Shown here piece by piece: positions 1 through 9,463 of a stretch of DNA of 64,000 bases. The notes under the pieces are model-generated. The model was not told the DNA's origin, did not search any database, and saw only the letters and a list, made by a program, of their open reading frames with translations. The position numbers and the translations under genes are program-made. Numbering within the stretch: position 1 is the stretch's first letter; every line of letters begins with the position of its first letter. The stretch is from Candidatus Magasanikiibacteriota bacterium (lineage in GTDB: Bacteria > Patescibacteriota > Patescibacteriia > Magasanikbacterales > GWA2-37-8): NCBI GenBank assembly GCA_041678665.1, contig JBAYNU010000004.1, positions 12,863 to 76,862 on the forward strand. The letters run 5' to 3'.

Positions 1-1368
1 GTCGGTGATGGGTTTAAACTCACTAAATTAGCGGGCGCGTATTGGAGGGGTGACGAAAAAAATAAGATGCTTACTCGCATCTACGGCGTGGCATTTGAAA
101 ACAGAGAAAAATTAGATGAGTATTTGCATCAGCAAGAAGAAGCCGAAAAACGCGATCATCGTAAATTGGGAGCGGATTTGGATTTGTTTGTTTTTTCCGA
201 TTTAGTGGGCAAAGGCTTACCCCTGCTTACTCCCAAGGGTACGGTGATTCGCAAAGAATTGGAAAAATTTGTCTATGAAGAGGAAACTAAACGGGGCTAT
301 CAACATGTGATAACTCCGCATTTAGCCAAAGTCCAGCTTTATGAAAAATCCGGCCATTATCCGTATTACAAAGATACGATGTATCCGATAATGAAGGTTG
401 ATGACGATGAGTTAATTCTGCGTCCGATGACTTGCCCTCATCATTTTATGCTTTATAATAGTCGTCCGCGTAGTTATCGCGAACTACCTTTGCGTATTGC
501 CGAGATGGCTTCGCAATTTCGTTACGAAAAGAGTGGTGAACTTTCGGGGTTGATGCGCGTTAGAACTTTTTGTTTAGCGGATGCTCATATTATCGTGATG
601 CCGGATCAGGCGGCCGATGAAATTAAACGCGTATTAGATTTGATTGATTATGCCAACCAGGTTTTTGGTTTGAAAAAAGGCGAAGATTATCGTTATCGGT
701 TGTCTTTGGGCGATAGAAGTGAAGATAAAAAATATTACAAAGATGACGCGGCGTGGGATCAAGCCGAGAATGTCTTGCGCACAGTGTTAAAAGAAACGGA
801 CGCGCCGTTTTTTGAAGCCCAAGGTGAAGCCGCCTTTTATGGACCAAAGATTGATGTACAAATTAAGAAAGTCAGCGGTCACGAAGAAACGGCTTTTACA
901 GTGCAATATGATTTTGTAATGCCCAAGCGGTTTGATCTGAAATATATTGATAAAGATGGGCAGGAGAAACAGCCGTTGGTTATTCACCGTTCATCCATTG
1001 GCTGTTTTGAGCGTACTATGGCATTTTTGATTGAGCGTTATGCGGGCGCGTTTCCAGTGTGGCTTGCTCCGGTGCAAGTCCAGCTGATTCCAGTATCAGC
1101 TGAGAATCACGCGGAAGGCGCGTGTAAATTGAAACAGGAGTTGCGTGCCTTGGGAATCCGCGTGGAGGTGGACGATGCCAATGAAACTTTGGGCAATAGA
1201 GTGCGTAAAGCGGTAGGACAAAAAATTCCTTACATTTTGGCGGTAGGCGACAAAGAACTTGGTGGCGAAGAATGGATGATTCGTATTCGTGGGCAAGAGA
1301 AACAGGAAAAGATGAGTAAAGAAAAGTTTGTTGAGAAAATTTTGGCGGAGATTAAAGAGAGAAAATAA
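1..1368 (+). CDS. thrS: Threonyl-tRNA synthetase (5' end lies upstream of window)
   Basis: Frame open from base 1 (VGDGFKLTKLAGAYWRGD); motifs RDHRKLG, RPMTCPHH, AAFYGPKID, IHRS; anticodon-binding C-terminus. Confidence 0.97.
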   Translation, partial: VGDGFKLTKLAGAYWRGDEKNKMLTRIYGVAFENREKLDEYLHQQEEAEKRDHRKLGADLDLFVFSDLVGKGLPLLTPKGTVIRKELEKFVYEEETKRGYQHVITPHLAKVQLYEKSGHYPYYKDTMYPIMKVDDDELILRPMTCPHHFMLYNSRPRSYRELPLRIAEMASQFRYEKSGELSGLMRVRTFCLADAHIIVMPDQAADEIKRVLDLIDYANQVFGLKKGEDYRYRLSLGDRSEDKKYYKDDAAWDQAENVLRTVLKETDAPFFEAQGEAAFYGPKIDVQIKKVSGHEETAFTVQYDFVMPKRFDLKYIDKDGQEKQPLVIHRSSIGCFERTMAFLIERYAGAFPVWLAPVQVQLIPVSAENHAEGACKLKQELRALGIRVEVDDANETLGNRVRKAVGQKIPYILAVGDKELGGEEWMIRIRGQEKQEKMSKEKFVEKILAEIKERK

Positions 1369-1375
1369 TATTTTC

Positions 1376-1398
1376 AAGACGCCTTTCAAAGGCGTCTT
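1376..1398. terminator. Hairpin between thrS and miaB
   Basis: AAGACGCCTTT-C-AAAGGCGTCTT inverted repeat. Confidence 0.5.
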
Positions 1399-1404
1399 TG
1401 GTCT

Positions 1405-2769
1405 ATGAGTAAAAATTTTTATATTCTTACCCTTGGTTGTCAGATGAATAAAAACGATTCCGAAAGAATTGTTGGGTTGTTGTTGTCGATTGGCATGAGC
1501 CAAGCGACCAAAGCCGAAGAAGCGGATTTAATTATTGTGAATACTTGCAGTGTGCGCCAAACCGCCGAAGAGCGGGTGACCGGGTTTTTTCATAATTGGA
1601 AGGAGCTGAAAAAGAAAAATCCTCTTTTAATTATTGCCATTACCGGTTGTATGCCCGGACGAGATAAGGATGGTAAAATTAAGAAAAAATATCCGGATGT
1701 GGATTTGTGGTTTGGAATAGATGCGTTGCCGCAGTTGCCTAAATGGTTGGAAGGACTTGGTCTGGATTGTCATTCTGAGCCATGCCTACCGGCAGGCAGG
1801 CGAAGCCCGCAGGGCGGAGTCGAAGAATCTATCGGCGATTACCTACAAATTATCCCCCGACGAGATAATCGCTCTTCAGTTTTCGTCTCCATCCAAACCG
1901 GTTGTGATAATTTTTGCACTTATTGCGTAGTGCCCAGCGCGCGCGGCCGCGAAAGGAATCGGCCACTTAAAGATATTCTGGAAGAGGTGAGGCAAGCGGT
2001 AGCGCAAGGCGCAAAAGAGATTATATTATTAGGGCAAGTGGTGAATCATTATAAAATCAAAGATGAAAAATCAAAAATAAAAAATAGTCCATTTAAGGAT
2101 GATTTTGCGGTTTTGCTTTGGGAGATAAATCAGATTTCGGGTGAATTTCGGGTGCATTTTACGGCGGCTGATCCGCAGTATTTTAGTGATGAGCAAATTG
2201 AGGCGCTTAAACTTTCCAAACAAGTGAATTATTTACATTTGCCGGTGCAAAGTGGGGATAATGAAGTTTTAAAAAAGATGAATCGTAAATATACACGCGA
2301 GCAGTACATTGAGTTGGTTAAAAAAATTCGTGTGGCGCGGCCGGGTATTGTATTGGGGACAGATATTATTGTTGGTTTTTGCGGGGAAACCGAAGACCAG
2401 TTTCAAAAGACTTTTGATTTATATCGGGAGTGTGATTTTGATATTTCTTATCATGCTATGTATAGCGAGCGTAGCGGTACCCCCGCGGCCAAGGTATTTA
2501 AAGATGATGTGTCATATGCCAAGAAAAAACGACGCTGGGATATTTTGCAAGAGTATATGGAACAGCGGACTTTGGAGAAGAATCAGAAGTATTTGGGGCA
2601 AACAGTGCGGGTGCTTGTGAACGAATTTGAAGATGGTGTGTGTTTTGGAAATAGTGATGAGTTGAAGTTGGCGCAATTTTTAGGCAAGCCAGAGACGGTC
2701 GGCACTTTTCAAAAAATAAAAATCACCCAAGCATTGGCTTGGGTATTGAGAGGTGTTTATGAAAAATAA
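1405..2769 (+). CDS. miaB: tRNA-i6A37 methylthiotransferase (radical SAM, MiaB family)
   Basis: TLGCQMN, NTCSVR, CDNFCTYC radical-SAM motif, HLPVQSG, DIIVGF, TRAM-like C-terminus; adjacent to miaA. Confidence 0.9.
   Translation: MSKNFYILTLGCQMNKNDSERIVGLLLSIGMSQATKAEEADLIIVNTCSVRQTAEERVTGFFHNWKELKKKNPLLIIAITGCMPGRDKDGKIKKKYPDVDLWFGIDALPQLPKWLEGLGLDCHSEPCLPAGRRSPQGGVEESIGDYLQIIPRRDNRSSVFVSIQTGCDNFCTYCVVPSARGRERNRPLKDILEEVRQAVAQGAKEIILLGQVVNHYKIKDEKSKIKNSPFKDDFAVLLWEINQISGEFRVHFTAADPQYFSDEQIEALKLSKQVNYLHLPVQSGDNEVLKKMNRKYTREQYIELVKKIRVARPGIVLGTDIIVGFCGETEDQFQKTFDLYRECDFDISYHAMYSERSGTPAAKVFKDDVSYAKKKRRWDILQEYMEQRTLEKNQKYLGQTVRVLVNEFEDGVCFGNSDELKLAQFLGKPETVGTFQKIKITQALAWVLRGVYEK
1768..1830 (+). 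repeat. TGTCAT-family palindromic element, in frame inside miaB
   Basis: TGTCATTCTGAGC...GGAGTCGAAGAATCT with nested CATGCCTACCGGCAGGCAGG; encodes CHSEPCLPAGRRSPQGGVEES. Confidence 0.85.
2053..2087 (+). repeat. Heptamer array (AAAATCA-like) in frame inside miaB
   Basis: AAAATCA AAGATGA AAAATCA AAAATAA AAAATAG = KIKDEKSKIKN. Confidence 0.65.
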
Positions 2770-3724
2770 TTTACCAAAAGTATTAATTATTTTAGGTCCA
2801 ACTGCTTCCGGTAAAACGGAGTGGGGAATTAAGATTGCCCAAAAATATAATGGAGAAGTAGTGAGTGCGGACAGCCGGCAGGTTTATAAAGGAATGGATA
2901 TTGGCACTGCCAAACCAAGCGGAGTTAAAAGTTCAAAGTTGAAAGTTATCAAGAGCGGCGAACAGACGCGTCATAACGACGGGCATATCTATATTGTTGA
3001 AGGCATTCCACATCACTTGATGGATATAATAGAGCCAGATGAAGAATTCACTCTGGCGGATTTTAAGAAACGAGCCGTGGTAGTCATTGAGGATATTTTG
3101 AAACGCGGCAAATTGCCGATTATAGTGGGCGGTACCGGGTTATATATACAAGCGCTCGTGGATAATTTAGATATACCCAAAGTGGCGCCTAATTTAAAAT
3201 TGCGTGCTGATTTGGAAAAGAAATCATTATCCGAGCTGGTGGAAATATTAAAAAATATTGATTCGGAAAGCGCTAAAAAAATTGATTTGCATAATCCTCG
3301 GCGCGTGTTGCGCGCGCTAGAAGTGGTATTGGACAGCGGAGGATCATTCGCGCGTCAGCAGAAAAAAGGTTCGGTTTTATATGATGCTTTGCAGATAGGG
3401 ATTCCTTTGCCGCGCGAAGAGCTGTATAGCCGAATTAACGCGCGGGTGGATAAACAAATAGCTGACGGACTTTTGGAAGAAACAAAAAAACTGGTCAAAA
3501 AATTTGATTGGAAGTTGCCCGGTATGAGCGGTATTGGGTATAAACAAATTGGATATTTTTTGCGTGGTGAAATGAGTTTATCAGCGGCAATAGAAATATT
3601 AAAAAGAGATACTCGCCACTATGCCAAAAGGCAAATGACTTGGTTTAAAAGAGATAAACGAATAAATTGGCTGGAAAATTATCAGCAAGCTGAAAAGTTA
3701 GTGGAAGGTTTTTTGCGAGATTGA
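2759..3724 (+). CDS. miaA: tRNA dimethylallyltransferase
   Basis: GPTASGKT, SADSRQVYKGMDIGTAK, VGGTGLY, YAKRQMTWF; ATG at 2759 overlaps miaB end. Confidence 0.96.
   Translation: MKNNLPKVLIILGPTASGKTEWGIKIAQKYNGEVVSADSRQVYKGMDIGTAKPSGVKSSKLKVIKSGEQTRHNDGHIYIVEGIPHHLMDIIEPDEEFTLADFKKRAVVVIEDILKRGKLPIIVGGTGLYIQALVDNLDIPKVAPNLKLRADLEKKSLSELVEILKNIDSESAKKIDLHNPRRVLRALEVVLDSGGSFARQQKKGSVLYDALQIGIPLPREELYSRINARVDKQIADGLLEETKKLVKKFDWKLPGMSGIGYKQIGYFLRGEMSLSAAIEILKRDTRHYAKRQMTWFKRDKRINWLENYQQAEKLVEGFLRD
2922..2949 (+). repeat. AAGTTNA heptamer array in frame inside miaA
   Basis: GAGTTAA AAGTTCA AAGTTGA AAGTTAT, directly after GTAKP; same unit as intergenic 57668-57740. Confidence 0.7.
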
Positions 3725-3727
3725 CAT

Positions 3728-3768
3728 TAAACTAAAACGCCCAATTTTAAATCGGGCGTTTTAGTTTA
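3728..3768. terminator. Bidirectional intrinsic terminator between convergent miaA and rel
   Basis: 15-bp inverted repeat TAAACTAAAACGCCC / GGGCGTTTTAGTTTA. Confidence 0.75.
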
Positions 3769-3770
3769 GA

Positions 3771-5258
3771 TTATTTATTTTTTCCCGGCAGTATCGATTT
3801 CAGCCATTCCAGTTTTGATTTATTTAAGCTATTTTTGATATGTATTTTGGCGCCGTGAGTTTTAACTGATTTAAGCCAATCAGGACTGGGTCCTTTGCGG
3901 TCTTTGCTAATTATAATATCTATTACGTCGCCATTTTTTAAAGGAGTATTAAGGCTCACTAATTGATCATTGACTTTGGCGCCACTGCAGTGGTCGCCGA
4001 TATCGGTATGAATATGATAAGCAAAGTCAACCGGCGTGGCATCCTCGGGCAGGTCGATAACGTCGCCTTTAGGAGTAAATACGAAAATGTGATTTCGGAA
4101 AAAATCTATTTTCATTTCTTCCAAATCGGAGAGATTATTAAGAATTTCTTTTTGCAGTTTAGCCAATTCTTTTGCCCAAGAAATATTTTTATTAGGCAGT
4201 CGTTTACCGTGTTCATCATAATGCCAATGAGCAGCCGCACCATATTCGGCGTCATCATGCATTTCTTGAGTGCGAATTTGAAATTCCATTATTTTACCAT
4301 TTTCGCCAAAGACGGTAGTGTGAAGAGATTGATAGCCGTTGGGTTTGGGTTGGGCGACATAGTCTTTAATACGGCCTTTGAGGGGGTGCCAAAGCTGGTG
4401 GACAATTCCTAAAGTGGCATAACAATCACTGATATCTTTCACAATGATTCTTAGAGCGATAATATCATAAATTTTGTCTATTTCCCAGTTTTTAGTAAGT
4501 AATTTTTGGTATAGGCTATATAATTGTTTTTCACGATTATGCAAAGAAAATACGGTAATGCCGGATTTTTTTAATTCATGATTAAGCTTGTGTTTGGTTT
4601 TTTCCAAAGTTTGAGAAGAGTTTTTGAGAACTTCTTCTCTGATGGCTTTTACTTTTTCATATTCTTTAGGGTAAATATAAGGGAAAGATAAATCTTCCAG
4701 CATTCCTTTAAATTCACCCATACCCAGGCGATTAGCGATGGGAGCGTAAATTTCTAGACTTTCCAAAGCGATGCGATAGCGCTTGTTGGGCTGGTGGGCT
4801 TCCAGTGTCATTAAATTGTGAACGCGGTCGGCAAATTTGACTATCATCACGCGCACATCTTCGGCCATGGCCACAAACATTTTTCGTAAATTTTCTATAT
4901 AGCGTTCAATACCGCGATATTTGAGAGTGCCAAGTTTGGTAATTCCTTTGACAATCGAGGCGATATCTTTGCCAAATTTTTTTTCAATTTCTTCCAAAGT
5001 TATTTTTGTGTCTTCCGGCACATCATGTAGCAGGGCCGCGGCGATAATACTCGGTTCAATTCTCATGGTGGTTAAAATATGAGCGGCGGCCAGAGGATGA
5101 TTAATATATAACTCGCCTGATTTACGGGTTTGGCCGGTATGAGCTTGAAAGGCAAAATCATAAGCAGACCGAACAAGATTAAGATCTTTTTGGTCGCTGT
5201 ATTTTTTTAGTTCTTTTAGTAGCAATTCAATGTCTAAATTTTGAGGAATTGCTATCAT
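3771..5258 (-). CDS. rel: RelA/SpoT family (p)ppGpp hydrolase/synthetase with TGS domain (short, no ACT)
   Basis: HxGQxRKSGExYIxHP, LLHDVPED, KFADRVHN, KPNGYQSLHT, EFQIRT, FTPKG/TPVDFAY; start may be 5258 or 5279. Confidence 0.93.
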   Translation of the reverse strand: MIAIPQNLDIELLLKELKKYSDQKDLNLVRSAYDFAFQAHTGQTRKSGELYINHPLAAAHILTTMRIEPSIIAAALLHDVPEDTKITLEEIEKKFGKDIASIVKGITKLGTLKYRGIERYIENLRKMFVAMAEDVRVMIVKFADRVHNLMTLEAHQPNKRYRIALESLEIYAPIANRLGMGEFKGMLEDLSFPYIYPKEYEKVKAIREEVLKNSSQTLEKTKHKLNHELKKSGITVFSLHNREKQLYSLYQKLLTKNWEIDKIYDIIALRIIVKDISDCYATLGIVHQLWHPLKGRIKDYVAQPKPNGYQSLHTTVFGENGKIMEFQIRTQEMHDDAEYGAAAHWHYDEHGKRLPNKNISWAKELAKLQKEILNNLSDLEEMKIDFFRNHIFVFTPKGDVIDLPEDATPVDFAYHIHTDIGDHCSGAKVNDQLVSLNTPLKNGDVIDIIISKDRKGPSPDWLKSVKTHGAKIHIKNSLNKSKLEWLKSILPGKNK

Positions 5259-5262
5259 AATA

Positions 5263-7572
5263 TTATTTTTTATATCCACAACCTTTTTGGCTACATTTTG
5301 CGCCTCCTTTAATATTTTCTACGAGATAAGATTCGCATTCCGGACATTTTTCTCCGGTTGGTTTTCCGCTGAAAGCGGTTTTGCAATCCGGATAACGATT
5401 GCAGGCATAAAACGGTCCGCGTCGCGATCGTTTTTGGACAATTTCACCCTGACCGCAAACGGGGCATTTGATGCCAGTAGAAGTATTTTGGTCGATGATG
5501 CTTTTAATATTTTTACATTTAGGATAGCCACTGCAAGCGAGAAAAGGTCCAAAGCGTCCGATTTTAACAATCATTTCCGCATCGCATTTTTCACATTTAG
5601 CGCCAGCATGTTTTTCTTTTAGCGCTTTTATTTGTTCGGAATCTTCTTGGCCATTCTTATCCCGATCGGATCCGGGCATAGGTTTAATATTTTTACAATC
5701 GGGGTAGCTGGAGCAAGCCAGGAATTTGCCATACCTACCCATTTTAATAACCATCGGACTTTGACATTTGTCACAGATTTCATCGGATTTTTCTTCGGTT
5801 AAATCTTTTTTATTTAGTTCTTTGTCTTTGGCTGTTAAATTTTTTTTGAATGGAGTATAAAAATTCGCTATTAATTTTTTCCATTTTTCTTCACCGCGCG
5901 CTACCTTGTCAAAATTTTCTTCCATTTGAGCAGTAAATTCCAAATCTACGATTTGTGGAAAGTGGGCAACCAAAAGGTCATTAACCACAAATGCAATCTC
6001 TTTGGGGGCCAAACGTTTTTGGTCGTTGCGTTCTACATAACCGCGGTCTTCAATGGTGGCGATAGTGGGAGCGTAGGTGGATGGTCGGCCGATACCATAT
6101 TCCTCGAGTGCTTTGACCAAAGTGGCATCGGAATAGCGCGCCGGTGGTTCGGTAAAATGTTGTTCTGGTTTGATTTCTGTGCAGTTTACTGTCGCGCCAC
6201 TTTTTATTACCGGCAAGAGGTTTTCTTTGGATTTGTCGGGATATAATTTTAAAAATCCTTCAAAAATAATTGTTTGACCGGTGGCGCGAAAAGTATATTT
6301 ATTGGCACTTTCTATTTCAATTGTGGCGGCATTAAGTTCGGCCGGAGCCATTTGGGTAGCTATGGCACGACGCCAAATTAGATCATAAAGTTTGAGTTGG
6401 TGTTTATCTAGGAAGGGTGATAGTTCTTCGGGTGTGCGTCCAGCATCAGTGGGACGAATCGCTTCGTGTGCTTCCTGCGCATTTTTACTTTTATTTTTGT
6501 AGGTACGAGGAGTAGGCAGTGAGTATTTGTCGCCGAATTCTTTTTTAATGGTTTCGTTGGCTTCGCTTAAAAATTTTTCGGATAAATTAACCGAATCGGT
6601 ACGCATATAGGTAATTAGGCCGATCGAACCTTCTGATCCCAGCTCAATACCCTCGTAGAGTTGTTGAGCTAGACGCATGGTTTGCTTGGCAGAAAATCCG
6701 AGGCGGTTGTTGGCATCTTGTTGGAGAGCCGAAGTGGTAAATGGCGGCGACGGAAAACGTTTGGTATTTTTTTGGTCCACTGCTGTTACTATGTATTTAG
6801 TTTTTTCTAAATCAGCTAAAATTTTGTCTACCTGTTCTTTATTTTTAATATCTAATTTGTCTAATTTTTTTTCTTCAATGGCGTGTAGTTTGGCGGTAAA
6901 TATATTGTCATCCTGAGGCGGAACCGAAGGATCTAGATGTTTTGCCTTGCTCAACATGGCAGGGTTTTTTTCAGGATGACAATTGAACAATCCTTCGATA
7001 CTCCAGTATTCGTCGGATTTAAAATTTTGAATTTCACGTTCGCGTTCAACAACCAGACGCACTGCCACCGACTGTACTCGACCAGCCGAAAGTCCTTTGG
7101 CTACTTTGCGCCAGAGAAAGGGTGATAATTCATAGCCCACTAGGCGATCTAAAATACGTCGCGCTTGCTGGGCGTCTACCAGTTGCAAGTCGAGCGGGCG
7201 TGGATGTTTAAGAGCCTCATCGATGGCGTGTTTGGTGATTTCGTGAAACACGATGCGTTTTACTTTTTTAGGATCAATATTCAAAATACTGGCAAGATGC
7301 CAAGAAATAGCTTCACCTTCGCGGTCCTCATCAGTTGCAAATAATACCTCTTTGGTTTTTTTGGCCGCGTCTTTGAGTTCTTTGGCAACCGCCGCTTTTT
7401 CTTTGCTAACAATATATTGCGGTTCAAAATCGTTTTTGGTATCTACCCCCATTTTGCTTTTTGGCAAATCGCGTACGTGGCCATAAGAAGACTTGACGAC
7501 GAAGTCTTTACCAAGAAATTTGGTGATGGTTTTGGCTTTAGTGGGAGATTCGACAATTACCAGAGTTGGCAT
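5263..7572 (-). CDS. topA: DNA topoisomerase I with C-terminal Zn ribbons
   Basis: LVIVESPTKAKTI, ATDEDREGEAI, SAGRVQS, ITYMRTDS, GIGRPSTY; start set at MPTLVIVES. Confidence 0.97.
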   Translation of the reverse strand: MPTLVIVESPTKAKTITKFLGKDFVVKSSYGHVRDLPKSKMGVDTKNDFEPQYIVSKEKAAVAKELKDAAKKTKEVLFATDEDREGEAISWHLASILNIDPKKVKRIVFHEITKHAIDEALKHPRPLDLQLVDAQQARRILDRLVGYELSPFLWRKVAKGLSAGRVQSVAVRLVVEREREIQNFKSDEYWSIEGLFNCHPEKNPAMLSKAKHLDPSVPPQDDNIFTAKLHAIEEKKLDKLDIKNKEQVDKILADLEKTKYIVTAVDQKNTKRFPSPPFTTSALQQDANNRLGFSAKQTMRLAQQLYEGIELGSEGSIGLITYMRTDSVNLSEKFLSEANETIKKEFGDKYSLPTPRTYKNKSKNAQEAHEAIRPTDAGRTPEELSPFLDKHQLKLYDLIWRRAIATQMAPAELNAATIEIESANKYTFRATGQTIIFEGFLKLYPDKSKENLLPVIKSGATVNCTEIKPEQHFTEPPARYSDATLVKALEEYGIGRPSTYAPTIATIEDRGYVERNDQKRLAPKEIAFVVNDLLVAHFPQIVDLEFTAQMEENFDKVARGEEKWKKLIANFYTPFKKNLTAKDKELNKKDLTEEKSDEICDKCQSPMVIKMGRYGKFLACSSYPDCKNIKPMPGSDRDKNGQEDSEQIKALKEKHAGAKCEKCDAEMIVKIGRFGPFLACSGYPKCKNIKSIIDQNTSTGIKCPVCGQGEIVQKRSRRGPFYACNRYPDCKTAFSGKPTGEKCPECESYLVENIKGGAKCSQKGCGYKK
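6904..6983. repeat. TGTCAT-family palindromic element, in frame inside topA
   Basis: Perfect 13-bp terminal inverted repeats ATTGTCATCCTGA / TCAGGATGACAAT; encodes NCHPEKNPAMLSKAKHLDPSVPPQDDN. Confidence 0.88.
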
Positions 7573-7580
7573 AGTGATAT

Positions 7581-7633
7581 AATTAACAATGAACAAATTG
7601 ATTGATTTGCTTGCTAATTGTTAATTGTTAATT
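7581..7633. repeat. AACAATT/AATTGTT heptamer inverted array upstream of topA
   Basis: AATTAACAATGAACAA...TAATTGTTAATTGTTAATT. Confidence 0.65.
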
Positions 7634-7694
7634 AAAAAATTTTATTTTATCTTATTTATACTATCCTATATCATTTTAGCCAAAAAGTCAATAT

Positions 7695-8780
7695 TTAACC
7701 CACTAAAATGTATTTCATACCCCCCAAATTACGCACCATGACGCGCATTTCCATTAAGGTAAGAGCGCTCATTACCGAAGGGCCATTTAACCCGGTCTCT
7801 TTGATGATTAAATCTACATGTTTTGGTTCCCGTGACAATATATCAATAATTTTTTCTTCAATGGGCGAAGCGGAAATTTTTTGTCGATTTTCTACCACTT
7901 GTTGAATGTTTTTTAAATTTAAAGCTTCAGTAATATCATTAGGAACGGTTACCATTTTGGCCCCTTGTTTTATTAAGTTATTACAACCTATACCAACAGA
8001 AGAAATAATAGTATGAGGTATGGCAAAAACTTCGCGATTGTAGTCCAAAGCACAGCTAGCGGTAATAAGGGTGCCAGACTCTTCGGCTGCTTCAATTACG
8101 AGAGTGCCAAGCGCTAGGCCGGCAATGATGCGGTTGCGAGCCGGGAAGGAATAGTTGGTAGCTTCAAATCCGGGCGGGTATTCAGATATTACCGCTCCCC
8201 CCGATGATATTATTCGTTCTGCCAGCTCTCTGTTGGTGGCAGGATAAATATGATTGTGGTCCACTCCCGATCCTAATACTGCCACGGTGATTCCTTGACC
8301 AGCCAAAGCCGCTTCGTGGGCGATGCCATCAATGCCAATTGCTAATCCGCTGACAATTACCATACCCTGTCGAGCTAATGGTTCTACGATTTGACGGCAA
8401 GATGAAGCTCCATATTGAGTGAACTTGCGTGCGCCCACTACAGCGAGAGTTGGCAAAGAGGAGTCTGGTAGTTTACCGCGGATAAAAAGAGTATGAGGCG
8501 GATCAGTTATTTCGGCAAGCAGTTTGGGATAATTAGGTTCACCTAAAGATACGGTAGTAATGCCTTCTTGAGCCATGCGTTCAGTAATTTTTTCGGTAGG
8601 ATTGGCTTCGCGCCAAGCGATGAATTCGTTGGCAATGTTTTCTTCCAACCCCGCCGCCACCATTTCGGGCAGTTCGGCTTCCCAAAGATTTTTTAAGTCC
8701 GAAAAATAAGCCGTTAACTTGCGATAACGGCTGTAAGTAATTTTGGGAAAGTGAGCGAGTGAAGCGTCAAAGTGAGACAT
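7695..8780 (-). CDS. dprA: DNA-processing protein DprA
   Basis: YPKLLAEITDPP, AVVGAR, VSGLAIGIDGIAH, FPARNRII, C-terminal winged helix; dprA-topA synteny. Confidence 0.95.
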   Translation of the reverse strand: MSHFDASLAHFPKITYSRYRKLTAYFSDLKNLWEAELPEMVAAGLEENIANEFIAWREANPTEKITERMAQEGITTVSLGEPNYPKLLAEITDPPHTLFIRGKLPDSSLPTLAVVGARKFTQYGASSCRQIVEPLARQGMVIVSGLAIGIDGIAHEAALAGQGITVAVLGSGVDHNHIYPATNRELAERIISSGGAVISEYPPGFEATNYSFPARNRIIAGLALGTLVIEAAEESGTLITASCALDYNREVFAIPHTIISSVGIGCNNLIKQGAKMVTVPNDITEALNLKNIQQVVENRQKISASPIEEKIIDILSREPKHVDLIIKETGLNGPSVMSALTLMEMRVMVRNLGGMKYILVG

Positions 8781-8784
8781 GGTG

Positions 8785-8858
8785 AAATTGCCAAATTGTT
8801 AAACTGTTAAATTGTTGTCACAAAACAATCTAATAATTTAGCCATTTAACAATTTAAT
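8785..8858. repeat. Octamer (AATTGTTA) inverted array overlapping the pth stop codon
   Basis: AATTGCCA AATTGTTA AACTGTTA AATTGTTG ... AACAATCT AATAATTT AGCCATTT AACAATTT. Confidence 0.7.
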
Positions 8859-9350
8859 TATTTTTTCCATCACCTCGTTCAATATTTTTAGTTCTTCTTT
8901 GCTAAATTTTTCCAGCACAAAATTTGCTTTATCTTCGTATTTGTCCATCTCGGGTGTGGCGATGCCAACGCGGACACGGCGGAAGTTTTGTGTGCCGAGG
9001 TGTTCGATGATGGATTTAATGCCATTGTGCCCGGCCGGTCCGCGGTTGGTTTGGATTTTGTATTCGCCGAGCGGTATATCCTTGTCGTCGTGGATGACGA
9101 TAATATCTTCCGGTTTAATTTTGTAAAAATTCACGAGCGCCTGCACTGCCAAACCGGATTCATTCATGAAAGTTTGAGGCTTAGCAAGAATAAAATTTTT
9201 GTTTTTAGCCACCTCAGAACGTAATTTTTTGGTCTGGTTAATTGTTAATTGTTCATTGTTAATTAATTTATCCAACACCAAAAATCCCGCGTTGTGTCGC
9301 GTTTTTTCGTATTTTTTGCCAGGATTACCGAGACCGACGATAAGTTTCAT
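8838..9350 (-). CDS. pth: Peptidyl-tRNA hydrolase
   Basis: LIVGLGNPG, TRHNAGF, KPQTFMNESG, HDDKD, GHNGIKSI. Confidence 0.96.
   Translation of the reverse strand: MKLIVGLGNPGKKYEKTRHNAGFLVLDKLINNEQLTINQTKKLRSEVAKNKNFILAKPQTFMNESGLAVQALVNFYKIKPEDIIVIHDDKDIPLGEYKIQTNRGPAGHNGIKSIIEHLGTQNFRRVRVGIATPEMDKYEDKANFVLEKFSKEELKILNEVMEKIIKLLNG
9236..9266 (-). repeat. AACAATT heptamer array in frame inside pth
   Basis: GGTTAAT TGTTAAT TGTTCAT TGTTAAT on +; encodes INNEQLTIN. Confidence 0.65.
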
Positions 9351-9373
9351 ATTGGTAGATGTGGATAATTAGC

Positions 9374-9402
9374 TTGACATTAGTTTGAAGATGTCATATG
9401 AT
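9374..9402 (+). promoter_or_regulatory. Sigma70-type promoter pointing into the 3' end of the NYN gene (antisense)
   Basis: TTGACA-17 bp-TATGAT; TGACAT/ATGTCA inverted repeat overlaps it. Confidence 0.6.
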
Positions 9403-9408
9403 ATATGC

Positions 9409-9463
9409 AGATACACACGAAAAGTACCTCTCAAGGGTTAGTCCTTCAGCGGTGCTTTTTATT
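9409..9463 (+). ncRNA. Candidate ~55-nt small RNA antisense to NYN 3' end
   Basis: Downstream of consensus promoter, no ORF; hairpin 9420-9459 ending in T-tract. Confidence 0.4.
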